A stretch of 64,000 bases of DNA, taken from NCBI RefSeq assembly GCF_964213995.1, contig NC_135815.1, positions 56,420,001-56,484,000 on the forward strand, in the 5' to 3' direction. Shown here piece by piece: positions 38,010 to 50,041 of this stretch. The first letter of the stretch is position 1; each line of letters starts with the position of its first letter. The translations under genes were made by a program, and so were the position numbers. The notes under the pieces were generated by a model. That model worked only from the letters and a program-made list of their open reading frames with translations, ran no database searches and was not told the DNA's origin. This DNA comes from Mustelus asterias (Eukaryota).

Positions 38010-38570
38010 CACACACATCGCTGGCCTCATCGCTGGCCCCCACAAAGACACCGCTGGCCCCCACAAAGACACCGCTGGCCCCCACAAAGACACCGCTGGC
38101 CTCATCGCTGGCCCCCACAAAGACACCGCTGGCCCCCACAAAGACACCGCTGGCCTCATCGCTGGCCCCCACAAAGACATCGCTGGCCCCCACAAAGACA
38201 CCGCTGGCCCCCACAAAGACACCGCTGGCCTCATCGCTGGCCCCCACAACCCCACCAACACACATCACTGGCCTCATCGCTGGCCCCCACAACCCCACCA
38301 ACACACATCGCTGGCTTCATCGCTGGCCCCCACAACCCCACCAACACACATCACTGGCCTCATCGCTGGCCCCCACAACCCCCCCACAGAGACATCGCTG
38401 GCCTCATCGCTGGCCCCCACAACCCCCCCACAGAGACATCACTGGCCTCATCGCTGGCCCCCACAACTCCCCCACAGAGACATCGCTGGCCCCCACAACC
38501 CCCCCAACACACATTGCTGGCCTCATCACTGGCCTCCACAATCCCCCCACACACATCGCTGGCCTCCTCG
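38010..38570. repeat. Compound minisatellite (21 nt ccgctggcccccacaaagaca and 12 nt catcgctggcct) within a Harbinger-like element starting near 37753
   Basis: Direct inspection; produces the repetitive ORFs 37872 and 37946. Confidence 0.88.
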
Positions 38571-39009
38571 TGCCCCCGCCCCCACCCCCACCGTCTCCCC
38601 CAACACACAGACATGGCTGCCTGCTCACCTCATGCCCCCACGGATCCAGATAATGTGGGTACCTAATCCCTCTATTCCTTGAACATACTGTCCTCACTGC
38701 TGCCCTGCAGAGAACTAGCATTGTGCTGACATGCACAACCCCAGCTTGTGATCATTCCCTCTCTTGAATGGGAGCCTTGAGTATTGCACCACCCCTGGAC
38801 ACAGCAGCTAATCGATTAGGAGCCCTGAGTATTGCACCCCCCTGGACGCAGCAGCCTATTACAAACTTAATAATATTTCAAAATGTATATCCCCCCATCC
38901 ATGTTCTGGAATATTATGATGTGGAGATGCCGGTGTTGGACTGGGGTGAACACGGTAAGACGTCTCACAACACCAGGTTAAAGTCCAACAGGTTTATTTG
39001 GTAGCAAAT

Positions 39010-39047
39010 ACCATAAGCTTTCGGAGCACTGCTCCTTCGTCAGATGG
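39010..39047 (-). ncRNA. Minimal type I hammerhead ribozyme motif (antisense copy)
   Basis: Exact reverse complement of 40649-40685. Confidence 0.7.
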
Positions 39048-40648
39048 AGTGGAAATGTGCTCTCAAACAGTGCAAACAGACAAAATCAAGTTGCAGAATA
39101 CTGATTAGAATGCGAATCCTACAGCCAGCCAGGTCTTAAAGGTACAGACAATGTGGGTGGAGGGAACATTAAACACAGGTTAAAGAAATGTGTATTGTCT
39201 CCAGACAGAACAGCTAGTGAGATTCTACAAGCCCAGGAGGCAAGCTGTGGGGGTTACTGATAATGTGACATAAATCCAACATCCCGGTTTAGGCCATCCT
39301 CATGTGTGCGGAACTTGGCTATCAGTTTCTGCTCAGCGACTCTGCGCTGTCGTGAAGGCCACCTTGGAGAACGCTTACCTGAAGATCCAAGGCTGAATGC
39401 CCGTGGCTGCTGAAGTGCTCCCCCACAGGAAGAGAACAGTCTTGCCTGGTGATTGTCGAGCGGTGTTCATTCATCCGTTGTCGTAGTGTCTGCATGGTTT
39501 CCCCAATGTACCATGCCTCGGGACATCCTTTCCTGCAGCGTATCAGGTAGATAATGTTGGCCGATGCTCCACTTCTCCAGCTTCCACCCTAAACATGTTA
39601 AAGAAGCCATCCCCTACGGACAAGCCCTCCGAATACACAGGATCTGCACAGATGAGGAGGATCGCAACAGACACCTCCAGACGCTGAAAGATGTCCTCAT
39701 AAGAACAGGATATAGCGCTCGACTCATCGATCAACAGTTCCGACGCGCCACAGCGAAAAACCGCACCGACCTTCTCAGAAGACAAACACGGGACACGGTG
39801 GACAGAGTACCCTTCGTCGTCCAGTACTTCCCCAGAGCGGAGAAGCTACGGCATCTCCTCCAGAGCCTTCAACATGTCATAGATGAAGACGAACATCTCG
39901 CCAAGGCCATCCCCACACCCCCACTTCTTGCCTTCAAACAACCACGCAGCCTCAAACAGACCATTGTACGCAGCAAACTACCCAGCCTTCAGGAGAACAG
40001 TGACCACAACACCACACAACTCTGCCACAGCAACCTCTGCAAGACGTGCCGGATCATCGACACAGATGCCATCATCTCACGTGAGAACACCATCTACCAG
40101 GTACACGGTACCTACTCTTGCAACTCGGCCAACATTGTCTACCTGATACTCTGCAGGAAAGGATGTCCCGAGGCATGGTACATTGGGGAAACCATGCAGA
40201 CACTACGACAACGGATGAATGAACACCGCTCGACAATCACCAGGCAAGACTGTTCTCTTCCTGTGGGGGAGCACTTCAGCAGTCACGGGCATTCAGCCTT
40301 GGATCTTCAGGTAAGCGTTCTCCAAGGTGGCCTTCACGACACACGACAGCGCAGAGTCGCTGAGCAGAAACTGATAGCCAAGTTCCGCACACATGAGGAC
40401 GGCCTAAACCGGGATGTTGGATTTATGTCACATTATCAGTAACCCCCACAGCTTGCCTCCTGGGCTTGTAGAATCTCACTAGCTGTTCTGTCTGGAGACA
40501 ATACACGTTTCTTTAACCTGTGTTTAATGTTCCCTCCACCCACATTGTCTGTACCTTTAAGACCTGGCTGGCTGTAGGATTCGCATTCTAATCAGTATTC
40601 TGCAACTTGATTTTGTCTGTTTGCACTGTTTGAGAGCACATTTCCACT

Positions 40649-40685
40649 CCATCTGACGAAGGAGCAGTGCTCCGAAAGCTTATGG
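40649..40685 (+). ncRNA. Minimal type I hammerhead ribozyme motif
   Basis: CCAT-CTGACGA-A-GGAGC-agt-GCTCC-GAAA-GC-TT-ATGG: core boxes, 5 bp helix II, palindromic AGCT helix III, CCAT/ATGG helix I. Confidence 0.72.
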
Positions 40686-40982
40686 TATTTGCTACCAAAT
40701 AAACCTGTTGGACTTTAACGTGGTGTTGTGAGACTTCTTACCTGGAATATTATCCCAGATTTTTGACTGTCAGGTTTTTAGTCCCTGCGATTATAACTTT
40801 GACATTATCTTCCAAAGGGAATTCCTCTAATTCTGTGCAATGTTCAGATGAAAACAAGATGACAAAGGATCCAAGGCTGCTCCAGAGACAGAGTAGCTGC
40901 ACCCAAAGTTGCCCATGCAAGTCACATTCATAAGTAGGGGCACATCTGCCATGGCATGTGAGAGAAGAGTTGCCAATATAAG

Positions 40983-41053
40983 CTCAAGGAGATTACTACA
41001 TCTGGGAAACCAACCCCTATGGTTGGTTTCCCAGATGTAGTAATCTCCTTGAG
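40983..41053. repeat. Perfect 33 bp inverted repeat with a 5 nt loop
   Basis: ctcaaggagattactacatctgggaaaccaacc - cctat - exact reverse complement. Confidence 0.95.
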
Positions 41054-41274
41054 TCTTATTTCCAACCAAGTTCCACCACGGGGACAATTCTGCCAAGTTC
41101 ACCACAGGACTCTGAACATTTGAGCATCAGCAATCCAGTTACAGACCACAAATGTATTATACAGTTCACTACTTGCTCACTAGGACACTGTAGTTTAATT
41201 ACCTTTCTCTTAGATAATTAGGCAGCACAAAGAGGATGCTACATTATTTGCAGTTTGCAAGATTCTCCCAAGTC

Positions 41275-41527
41275 CATCCGTCCCCCCCTCTCTGCTCTCT
41301 CTGCTGTTTTGTATTTCGCGCCCGGGCACGCTGCTTTGGATTTTTTTCGAACTGCGCATGCGCAGTTCACAACTCAGATCGGTCCGCCAGCGCTAAGCAC
41401 CGTCGACAGCGCGCATCGAGCCGGAACCGGCAAAACGCGTATGGGCGCGCTGCAAAGAGGATTCCAGGCTCGGATCCGTATTGCGCCCGGATCCCGCCCT
41501 TAGGCTCTGATTGGTAAAATCGGGCCC
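41275..41527. mobile_element. CpG-rich end of a Harbinger-like non-autonomous element
   Basis: Ends ggtaaaatcgggccc, resembling other Harbinger termini in the window; internal 20 bp palindrome. Confidence 0.5.
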
Positions 41528-42599
41528 TGTGAGTCAGCCAATATCACTGAAACTTCATCTTTCTCACAGGGGTTTCTAACTTTGACAATCTCACTTTGGA
41601 ATTCTCTCCAAAAGTCACCTCAACTCAGACAACTTCCATGACAGCTCATCTCGCGGAGTTACAATCTCGCCCTTCAAAATTGCATTCCCCTGGATTTCCA
41701 AGTACACTGAAGCATCAACTTACAAGCCCAGTTTTGGATCTTCAGACTGCCAAGCGGAACAGCACTGCTACAAAGGAGCACCTTTGCCCCTGTGGCCAGC
41801 AACAAGAGTCACCAACCTTTGGCTGCCTTCTTGGATCTTCAGGTGTTTTCTTGAGCCCTCCTCATTTAAAGTCTGCTCCTTGCAACCCTTTCTTTAACTT
41901 GGAACTTGTTTCTCTGTTCCTTCCTTTTAATCTAACTGGGACCTGTTGCTGTCTCTTGTTTTGTCTCTTACCTGGGACTTCTTTTTTGGCTGACCAACTA
42001 TAAAAAATGACTGCATCAGACGTGCTGTTCATTGCCCCTTGAACTGATCCATATCAAGTTACTGTGCTTTCACAGAAGGATTCAGGAGCCGAGTGTGATT
42101 CTCAAAGGTGAACAGACAGCTTTACCAGGATGAGCACATACCTCTGACATCACACACTCTTTTCTGCCTCACAGACATTTCTAATGTCACTGATTGGAAT
42201 CTGTTTCCATTGTTCAGCCTCATGCATGGGAGAGTGGAAACTAAGAAATTAATAATGTTCAGCCTTAAACACGGAGAGGAAAACATGCTACAGAAAGGCA
42301 TGAAAGAACATGGTGCTTAACGGCGATACTACTTTTCCAAGAAACTCACTGTCAAAAAATAAATGGCATTGCAAAATACATTTGAGAAAAGATTCTAATG
42401 TTTGTTGCAACAAACACTTAGTACATCCACAAACTACAGAGTCAGATCAATCACTAACCTTGATAAGCAATTCTGCTGACGCCAAATAATGCCTGCCTGA
42501 GATCTAACGATCACACGTGTATTGTCCAACCATCTTTCTCACATGCACCTTTGTTCATGATGCTAATCACTGTGACAAGATTGAGTGAGACTTCAGGCA

Positions 42600-45500
42600 A
42601 CTGAGGATCCAGACAGGAATTCATTTCAGGGGTGTTTGTCTGACCCTTAAATGAAAGCTGGACCTTGCATCACATCGATTAGCCGCTACGTGAGACTTGG
42701 AGGTAGATAAATGCAAAATATATTTACAATAATGGAAAGTATATACAGTGAATGAACACTCATGCCACCAGTGTGCATTCAAAACTTTTTACTTTTTTCT
42801 ATTCTACCACTACATCTAGGTGCAGCCCTCTAACGACTCTGTCTGATGTTCTCCAACCTGTCTCTGCATCTTCAACATTTCTCTCAGGGCTGATTCCAGA
42901 GGATCATCATCAGACTCAGTCTCAGTAGGGACCTGGTTTCCAGCAGTCCTCCAAAGTGTCAGAGACTTCAGTCATTTCAGGTTTAGTGTCTGAGGTGCCA
43001 TAACCAATCTCCATGATCTTGTTCTGATCTCTTTGTGAGGCTGAGGATATTCCACACTCTCCCTTCTTGGTGTGAGTGCTCTTCTCCTGGGTGGCTGTAG
43101 AGCTTTGCTTGACTCCATTTTTTCTCTTCAGGATCTGAGTAGTAAGCCCAAGTTTCCACTAGCTTTCTTTCCAAGGATATTAAGGCTTTCTTAACGGTTA
43201 ATGATTTCCCCTTGTGGTACCACAGTTTGTCTCAATCCTGTAGGAACTCAGTTGTGACATTCTTTTGATTGTTGTCCCTTCTCTCTTTTGGTCTCATACT
43301 CATTCTCTTATCCTGCGCTTCAGCAGTGATAACTCGTGCTCTGTGCCTGTAGTTAAAGTTATATGCCATTTGTTTCTCTGTTCTTCCTCACACTGGTAAA
43401 TGTTGAATAATTAGGAATGTATATACTTCCACCTCCTCTCATGGTTGTTCAAAGTGATATTGGGTTTAAATTTCTGTGTCAGAGAAAGAAGTTGTGTTCT
43501 CAGACTCCATCCCAAGTATAGCTTGGATGTTGAGAAACCATTTTGTCGTGGTGAGGTTAAGGGTAACTCAGAAGAGCTAAATTAAGGTCCTCATTCTTCT
43601 TCAGCAAATCTTTGATTGTTCATACGCCTCTTTTAGTATTGCCATTAGCTTGAGAATAACAATATGAACTGGTTATATGAATTAATCTGTATTCTTTTGA
43701 AAAATATTGGAATAACCCATTAGCAAATTGTGGACCATTGTCTGATGCTACAATGCTCAGAATGCCATGTGTTACATAAATTCACTTTAGTAACTGAATG
43801 AATGTTTTTACTGCGATGCTCTGCAATCTGTTTACTCCAGTCTACCTTGAGTATCAATCAATGACAATAAAGAATGTTGTACCCTTAAAATTAAATAAGT
43901 CTTTTCCTGGCACTCCTACAGCCTTGGAAGATAATAGTAGTTATTTTTTTCTCGTTGCTGTTTATGGCACAAATAATAGTTAGAAATCATTTCTTCTGTA
44001 GAGCATGTAATGCCTTACCACCACAATGATTGCTAGCCTCTTGCACAACATTTTGCTATCCTAAAATGACCATGGTGAAGTCTTTGAAGAAGATTAAGCC
44101 AAAGTACTCTTTGTATGACGGTTCTCTCATTGAAGACTAATAAATCGTCAATGATTGTGAGGTGCTTGCTATGTTCAAAGTATTGGCATAGTATTGGATT
44201 GCTGACCCAACCTTCCAGACATTATTCTCTTATCTGGAAACACTTGTCATCTGGCTGCTGTGCTTCTTTTATTTCCTGCAACTCTTTTGCAGAAGCTGCT
44301 AAGTATTGAGTAATTAGGGATGTATATGTTTCCACCTCCTCAATGAAGTGTAAATCTTTTTGTTTGGTTCCCTCTGATGGTATCTGTGACAGTGTATCCG
44401 CTGTCATTTGATACTTCCTTTGAACATACTCTGTTATGGAGTCATATCTCAGTAATATTAATCTGAACTGTTGGATTCTGGGCATCAACATCACAATTTT
44501 GTCCACATTCAAGAGAGTGACTAGCAGCTTCTGGTCTGTTTTAAACTTGAACTGCAATTCCATCACATGGTCTGAGAATTTTCACATCCCGAGTTGCTAA
44601 CAACACTTCTTTCTTGATTGTAGCATATCTTTGTTCTGTTTATAATAAAGACATATTGAACCATAGTAAACTGGTCTATGTTTGCCATCTCTCTGCACTT
44701 GAAATAATACCACCTCAAATCTATTGATGATGCATCTACTGCTACTATGGACAGTAACTCTGGGTCATAATGTGCCACATTTTCAGAGGAAATTAAAAGT
44801 TTAATCTTTTCAAAACTATTTTGCTGGTCCACATTCCAGCATCACTGTTACCCATGTTTCAAAGGCTCATTGAATTTTCCAAATTTGGTAAGAATTTGCC
44901 CACTTGGTTGAACATCTCAAGAAATTTCTAAAGTTCAGTAATGTTCCTGGGTTGTGGAAGCCATCTGATTACTTTTGCTTTTTATCAATCAGCTATAGCT
45001 TGTACCAAATGACCTAGATATTTGATCACAGGTTTGGCAAAGTCTCATTTTTCTTTCAATGTTAGCTTGTATCCTGTAAGACTGCTCTAACTCTGCAGTC
45101 ATGTTCTTCTCTCATTGTGTCAATATGAGGTATGTCATCCATATGGCACATTACTCCTTCTAAGCCTTCTAGGGTTTCAGACATTTGCCGCGATTTTACT
45201 GGCTTGCCCTGCCCATCAATGGGTGGGGTGAGCTGGTAAATCATGCAAGAGCTGAGAAATCAGGTTCACGCCCAATTTCTGGCCTTTCGCAATCTTACTG
45301 GAACTGGTTAATCGGCACATTCAGCCTCCTGCCCATTTCTGGCGAGAGGCTGAATAATTAATTCAAATATATTTAAAACAGGATTTACTTGATTTAATGA
45401 GCCTGGGACTAGATCGTCCCAGCCCACTTGCCTTTGTGGCCTCACCGGAAAAGGTTCTTTCCAGCAAGAAAAACACCTGCTCCCCACAAACGGGGAACAG

Positions 45501-46430
45501 TTGTGTTGGCCTCGTCGGTAGAACAGGAGGCCATTGAGACCCCCCCGGGGAGGTCGAGGACAAGTGTCGGGGTGCCCTTGGGCAGTGCCAGCCTGTCATT
45601 GCAGCCTCGCACCCTGGCAATGCCCACTGTGGACCTTGGCATTGCCCAGCAGGCAGTGCTGGGGTGAGGCTTGAAAAGGTTGGGCATAGAGGGAATGGGG
45701 ATTATGGGGCAGGGCCTGAAGGGGTCGGGCCTGAAGGGCAGGGCCAGGCCAAGGCAGCCCGATCAGGGAGGAATGGGGGGCCCACTATGCACTCTGCAGG
45801 TGACTGATATGAGATGGGAGGGAGGCTAGCAGCGCACCCTGCAAGTGATTGGTGCGTGATTGGCGGCAGCCTGGCTGGTGGTGATATTTCTAGGCAGTGT
45901 AGGGCTCACAATCGGCTGTGGCTCCCGGGATAGCCGAGGTGTGTGCTGGGTCAAGGCCGGCTGCAGCAGCAGAGGCCTGACACATCTCTCTCAGAGCCGT
46001 CAAGCTTCTGCTGTTGCAATTGCACATGTGCAGCACAGAGTGCAATAGCTCCCTCTACTGCTAGAGCAAGCTGGCTAGCGGGTTAAGCCCCTGCCCACTG
46101 CCTCTAGTGGCTGGAAATGGCCTAGCCCATTTTTTCATTGTCTAAGTGCATAAAATTTGGAGTAAAGACTCACCCAAAAAGTGGATCTGAATCTCTCCGG
46201 TGTTAACGCTAGCTGGACACTTTGAATTTTTCTCACAAAATCATTGTTGTCTGGAAAATTTCTGGACAAATAGCGACTGAAAGGCATGATAAATAAGGGC
46301 AGCAATCTAGATTCTTTGTCCAGAGGCATCTGTCAAAATATACAGTTTGCGCACAATTTGGTGAATAGAGTATTCTTGGCTAGTTTGGCAAGACTCTCAT
46401 CCATTTGTTATGACTTGTTCCTGGGCAAGG
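42600..46430 (-). mobile_element. Decayed Gypsy element (RT, RNase H, integrase, LTR) interrupted by a Harbinger-like insert (about 45186-46235)
   Basis: LDKESRLLPLFIMPFSRY, TLEGLEGVMCHMDDI, VDASS, KTDQKLL; SDNGPQF on the minus strand near 43730. Confidence 0.82.
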
Positions 46431-47184
46431 TTCCTCAATTTGCTATGATTCTAGATGGGCTATCCCCATATTGTCTGCCTCCATGTCTGAGCCAAAATCT
46501 TCATTGTCCAGTTGATGGGCTCTTGAGTTTTTTTAGAGGGCTGAGTTTCCCGTCATCATATGTGGAAACACATACATAACAAAAGATGGGGGTGCGGCCA
46601 CAATAGGATGCATGTGATAAACTCACAATGGCCAAAATTTTCTGGCCATTCACACCAACGGATCTTTTGGTCCTACTGATGACGCATCCCTGCTGCAGGT
46701 TTTCGGTGGTGGGGATGCATTCAACAGGAAACCCCATTGACAACAGCGGGACCAGAAGATCCCGTCGCCGGCCAATGGCAAAGCACACAGCAGAGCACGT
46801 AGAAAATCCTGTCCTTTGTCTCAGTTCTGAGGGAAATTAACAAGCTGGACATGGCATTAGAAAGAGGAGTCATTAAACATGGTGATAATTGATAAACAAA
46901 TTAATTTAGAGAGGACAAAACCCCTGGATCAAATGGATTGCATCTATAAATATTTAAAAAAAGAGTTAAGGAAAATATATCAGAGGCATTATTTTATATA
47001 TATATATAAAACTCATTAGTAAAAGAAACAGCTAATGTCATTCCTATATTGAAAAGGAAGATAAAAAGCACATTTAAGGAACTAGAGACTAGTTAATGTA
47101 ACATGATAGTGGAAGTTTCACTTAAAGAAAAACATCTAGAAATTGAAAATGTAATTGAGAAAGAGAGAATCAAAGAAAGAAAAA

Positions 47185-47365
47185 ACATGTATTTATATAG
47201 CACCGTTCACAACCTCAGGACATCCCAAAATGACTTACAACCACATACTTTACTATTAAGGTGTAGTCACTATTGTAAATGTAGATGTAGGAACCTATCA
47301 GTACACAGCAAAGTCCCACAAAGACTGACATATGATATTGACTTAATAATATTTTTCCAGTGATG
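47185..47365 (-). mobile_element. Deu-domain SINE 3' relic
   Basis: Similar to 10652-10790, with tail gtatttatatagcacc. Confidence 0.55.
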
Positions 47366-47465
47366 CTGACACCAGGAGTAGTTGAGGCCAATCACATGGT
47401 TTCATTTAAGGAGAAGCTAGACAAACATTTGAGAAGTTAAGGAATAGAAGGGTATGTTAATAGGG

Positions 47466-49665
47466 TGAATGACTCAGGGTATAATGACTCAGGGTATAAT
47501 GACTCAGGAAGTCTGACTGAAAAGGAACATAGTTTATTCCAGAATGCAAATTAAATAACTACTATTTTGTACACATACTAATCCCAGTCCTGGGCCAGCC
47601 TCATAAAAGACTCAGGTAATGATTTCTAGCTGGGCAGGCCACTGCCTGTTACCGGAGGAACTCAACGAACCCCACAGGGAGATGAATCAATGGTTGCTCA
47701 TGGACTTCATGGAGGTTATCACACCTCTTCCCCCCCTGAGTCTGAGGATTTCACCTCACTCCCATGATGATGGGGCTTTCTCCGTCTCTTTGCCCATGGC
47801 CTCATCTCCATCGCTTGGGGGGTCTGGTCGGGGGGAGGGGGCAGGGGCATGTAATGGATCGATTAACACATCTTCCATGAAGAATGTTGAAGAGCCATGA
47901 CAGGGTGCTTGTTCTCGGTGTCAACCTCTGACTGGGTGTGTGCAGCCTCTGTTTCCATGTCCGAGCCAAAATTTTCATTGTCCAGGTGATGGGCTCCTGA
48001 GGTCTTTAGAGGGCTGAGTTTCCTGTCATCATATGCAGCACAATCCTATAATTACAAAGGAAACATATGAGCTTTGTATCAAGAGGACTTGTGCTTTGCT
48101 TTTCATGCCACTTTTGAATGACTGGATCGCCCGCTCAGCCAGGCCATTTGAGGACAGGTGGTAGAGTGCCAGCAGAGTTGCCAAGTTTGTTATGAATTTT
48201 CCATAATAATTTATGAGACCTAGGAAAGACTTCAACTCTGTTGTATTCCTTGAAGCCAGAGTCCCTTTTATGGCTTCACCTTCTCTTTGATAGGGTGTAA
48301 TCCATTCTTGTCAACTCTATACCTGTTTTAAAAAAATCTTTTTTCCCTTTTTAATCAGATGCCAGTATTAACAAAAAGCTGCAAAATCTCTAAATGTTCC
48401 TTTGCAGTAGCTCCTGAGATTAAAATGTCATCCGGATAGACTGCCACTCTGGGCACCCTTGAAGGATGTTCTCCATCACCCTTTGAAAAATGGCACTAGC
48501 CAAAGACACCCCAAAGGGCAAGCAAGTATGCTCATACAGTCCTTTGTGTGTATTTACGGTGACATACTTCCTGGATGACACCTCAAGCTTCAGTTGGATG
48601 TAGGCGTGTCTCATGTCTAATTTGGAAAATATGTGACTCCCAGCCAGCTATGCACACAAATCTTTAATGCGTGGCATAGGGTGTCTGTCTAAGTGAGAGG
48701 CTTTGTTGAACATCAACTTATAATCCCCACAGAGACGAACTGAATTGTCAGACATTGAAATTGGGACTACTGGCACAGCCCATTCAGCAAATTATATTGG
48801 GCAGATAATGCCAAGTTCCTCTAGACCTTCCAATTCAGCTTCTATTTTGGCATGTCGGGCATAGGGAACTTTGTTCTGTGGCATGGAGGTCATCTAAGGC
48901 TGAGGAGGTACCATCTATTGACCCTTGAAGCTCCTGGGCTCCTCTTTCCGTGTTTTCATGTGAAACGGACAATCCTATTGCTTTTTTGAAGTCCAGATTT
49001 GGTTCAACTAGTAGCTTCCCTGGATTGCAACATTATTAATTCCATGTACTAAACAATCCCTTAACAGTTCCCGAAGTGCCGGCCTGTGCTCACAGTGCCA
49101 CATCAATTTCTGCAGTCTCATCAAGAATTCAGCGACTGGTTCCCCAGGGACTCAATTTGCTGTGTCAAACCTATAGCATTGCAATATAACTGATGGTTTA
49201 GGGTTGTAGTGGCCCGATATCTACCAATTTGTCAAAGGATTTTGAATCTGGGGCTGCTAGATAGGTTAAACTTTTTACTTTACGATGTGAAAAGTTGGGG
49301 CCCCACAAGTGTACTGGGGCTAATCCTCCACAGCCACATCATAAGTTTCCAGTTTCCAAAACAATGGCATTTTCAATATCTCAGAAACTTTTCTTGCTAC
49401 TCATCGCTAATGTAATAACTCTGGAAGTCCAACTGGAAAGAAATATAATTTATTACAGAATGCAAAGTAAAACCACTACCATGGTATACACACACTTGTC
49501 CCTGCCTGGAACTGCAGTACAGCAGGCCCAGGCCTGGGCCTGCCTTATAAAAGGCTCAGGTAATGCGTCCCTGCTGGGCCGGCCACTGCCTGTTACCAGG
49601 GGAACTCATACTCAACAAGCACAATCAATCAGTGATCCCTCATGGACCTCGTGTGGGTTATCACA
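47466..49665 (-). mobile_element. Internally deleted Gypsy element with both LTRs, inserted in a CR1 tail
   Basis: LTRs 47466-47723 and 49411-49665; PPT 47724-47737; PBS-like 49400-49410; TSD TAGGG; TVNTHKGLY..LPFGV, SFLGLINYYGKF, SSNGLAER. Confidence 0.88.
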
Positions 49666-49817
49666 TAGGGTGAGGTGAAGAGAGGTAGAAAGAGGTTTGC
49701 ATAAAACATGAACACAAGCATAGACCAGTTGGGCTGAATGAAGTAGATTGGATGTAAATTGGAAATAATGTACTAAACACTTGCAATTAGCAATTGATAT
49801 TTCTTCTCTGTTTACAG

Positions 49818-49937
49818 GAAAACAGCAAAGGAGTGAGAATGGGTTTAGAGCAAGGAAAGAAATGTTTAATGAATATTCGAGAAACAAATCTGTATGAGGT
49901 GAAGAATGTAAAACGATCCCTGACTTTATTTAGAAAT
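49818..49937 (+). CDS. Kinesin-like gene exon (L11/alpha4): ENSKGVRMGLEQGKKCLMNIRETNLYEVKNVKRSLTLFRN
   Basis: tttacag acceptor, gtaaga donor, 40 codons; E.KNVKRSL corresponds to ExxxINxSL. Confidence 0.85.
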
Positions 49938-50041
49938 GTAAGAATTATTTTTGGCAGTACAACTTGAAAAGGCAAAGTTGTATATGTACTAAAAATGTTG
50001 CTATTATATAAACAATAAAATATGACCTGAAAATTTCAGGG

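Larger units (their letters stand above)
38918..40741 (+). mobile_element. Young Penelope-like insertion with an inverted 3' copy and an open GIY-YIG frame (39564..40442)
   Basis: IVYLILC...WYIGET...RMNEHR...PVGEHF...GLN; arms 38955-39564 and 40125-40741 are reverse complements; TSD CTGGAATATTAT at 38906-38917 and 40742-40753. Confidence 0.95.

Noticed and set aside
37872-38666. Long repetitive ORFs (HRWPPQR / TPLAPTK) as real proteins
   Set aside because: By-products of a minisatellite that is open in several frames on both strands; no splice or domain support
46500-48040. ~70 bp similarity between 46500-46570 and 47975-48040 as a local duplication
   Set aside because: Diverged and embedded in Gypsy-derived sequence; better explained as two copies of related elements
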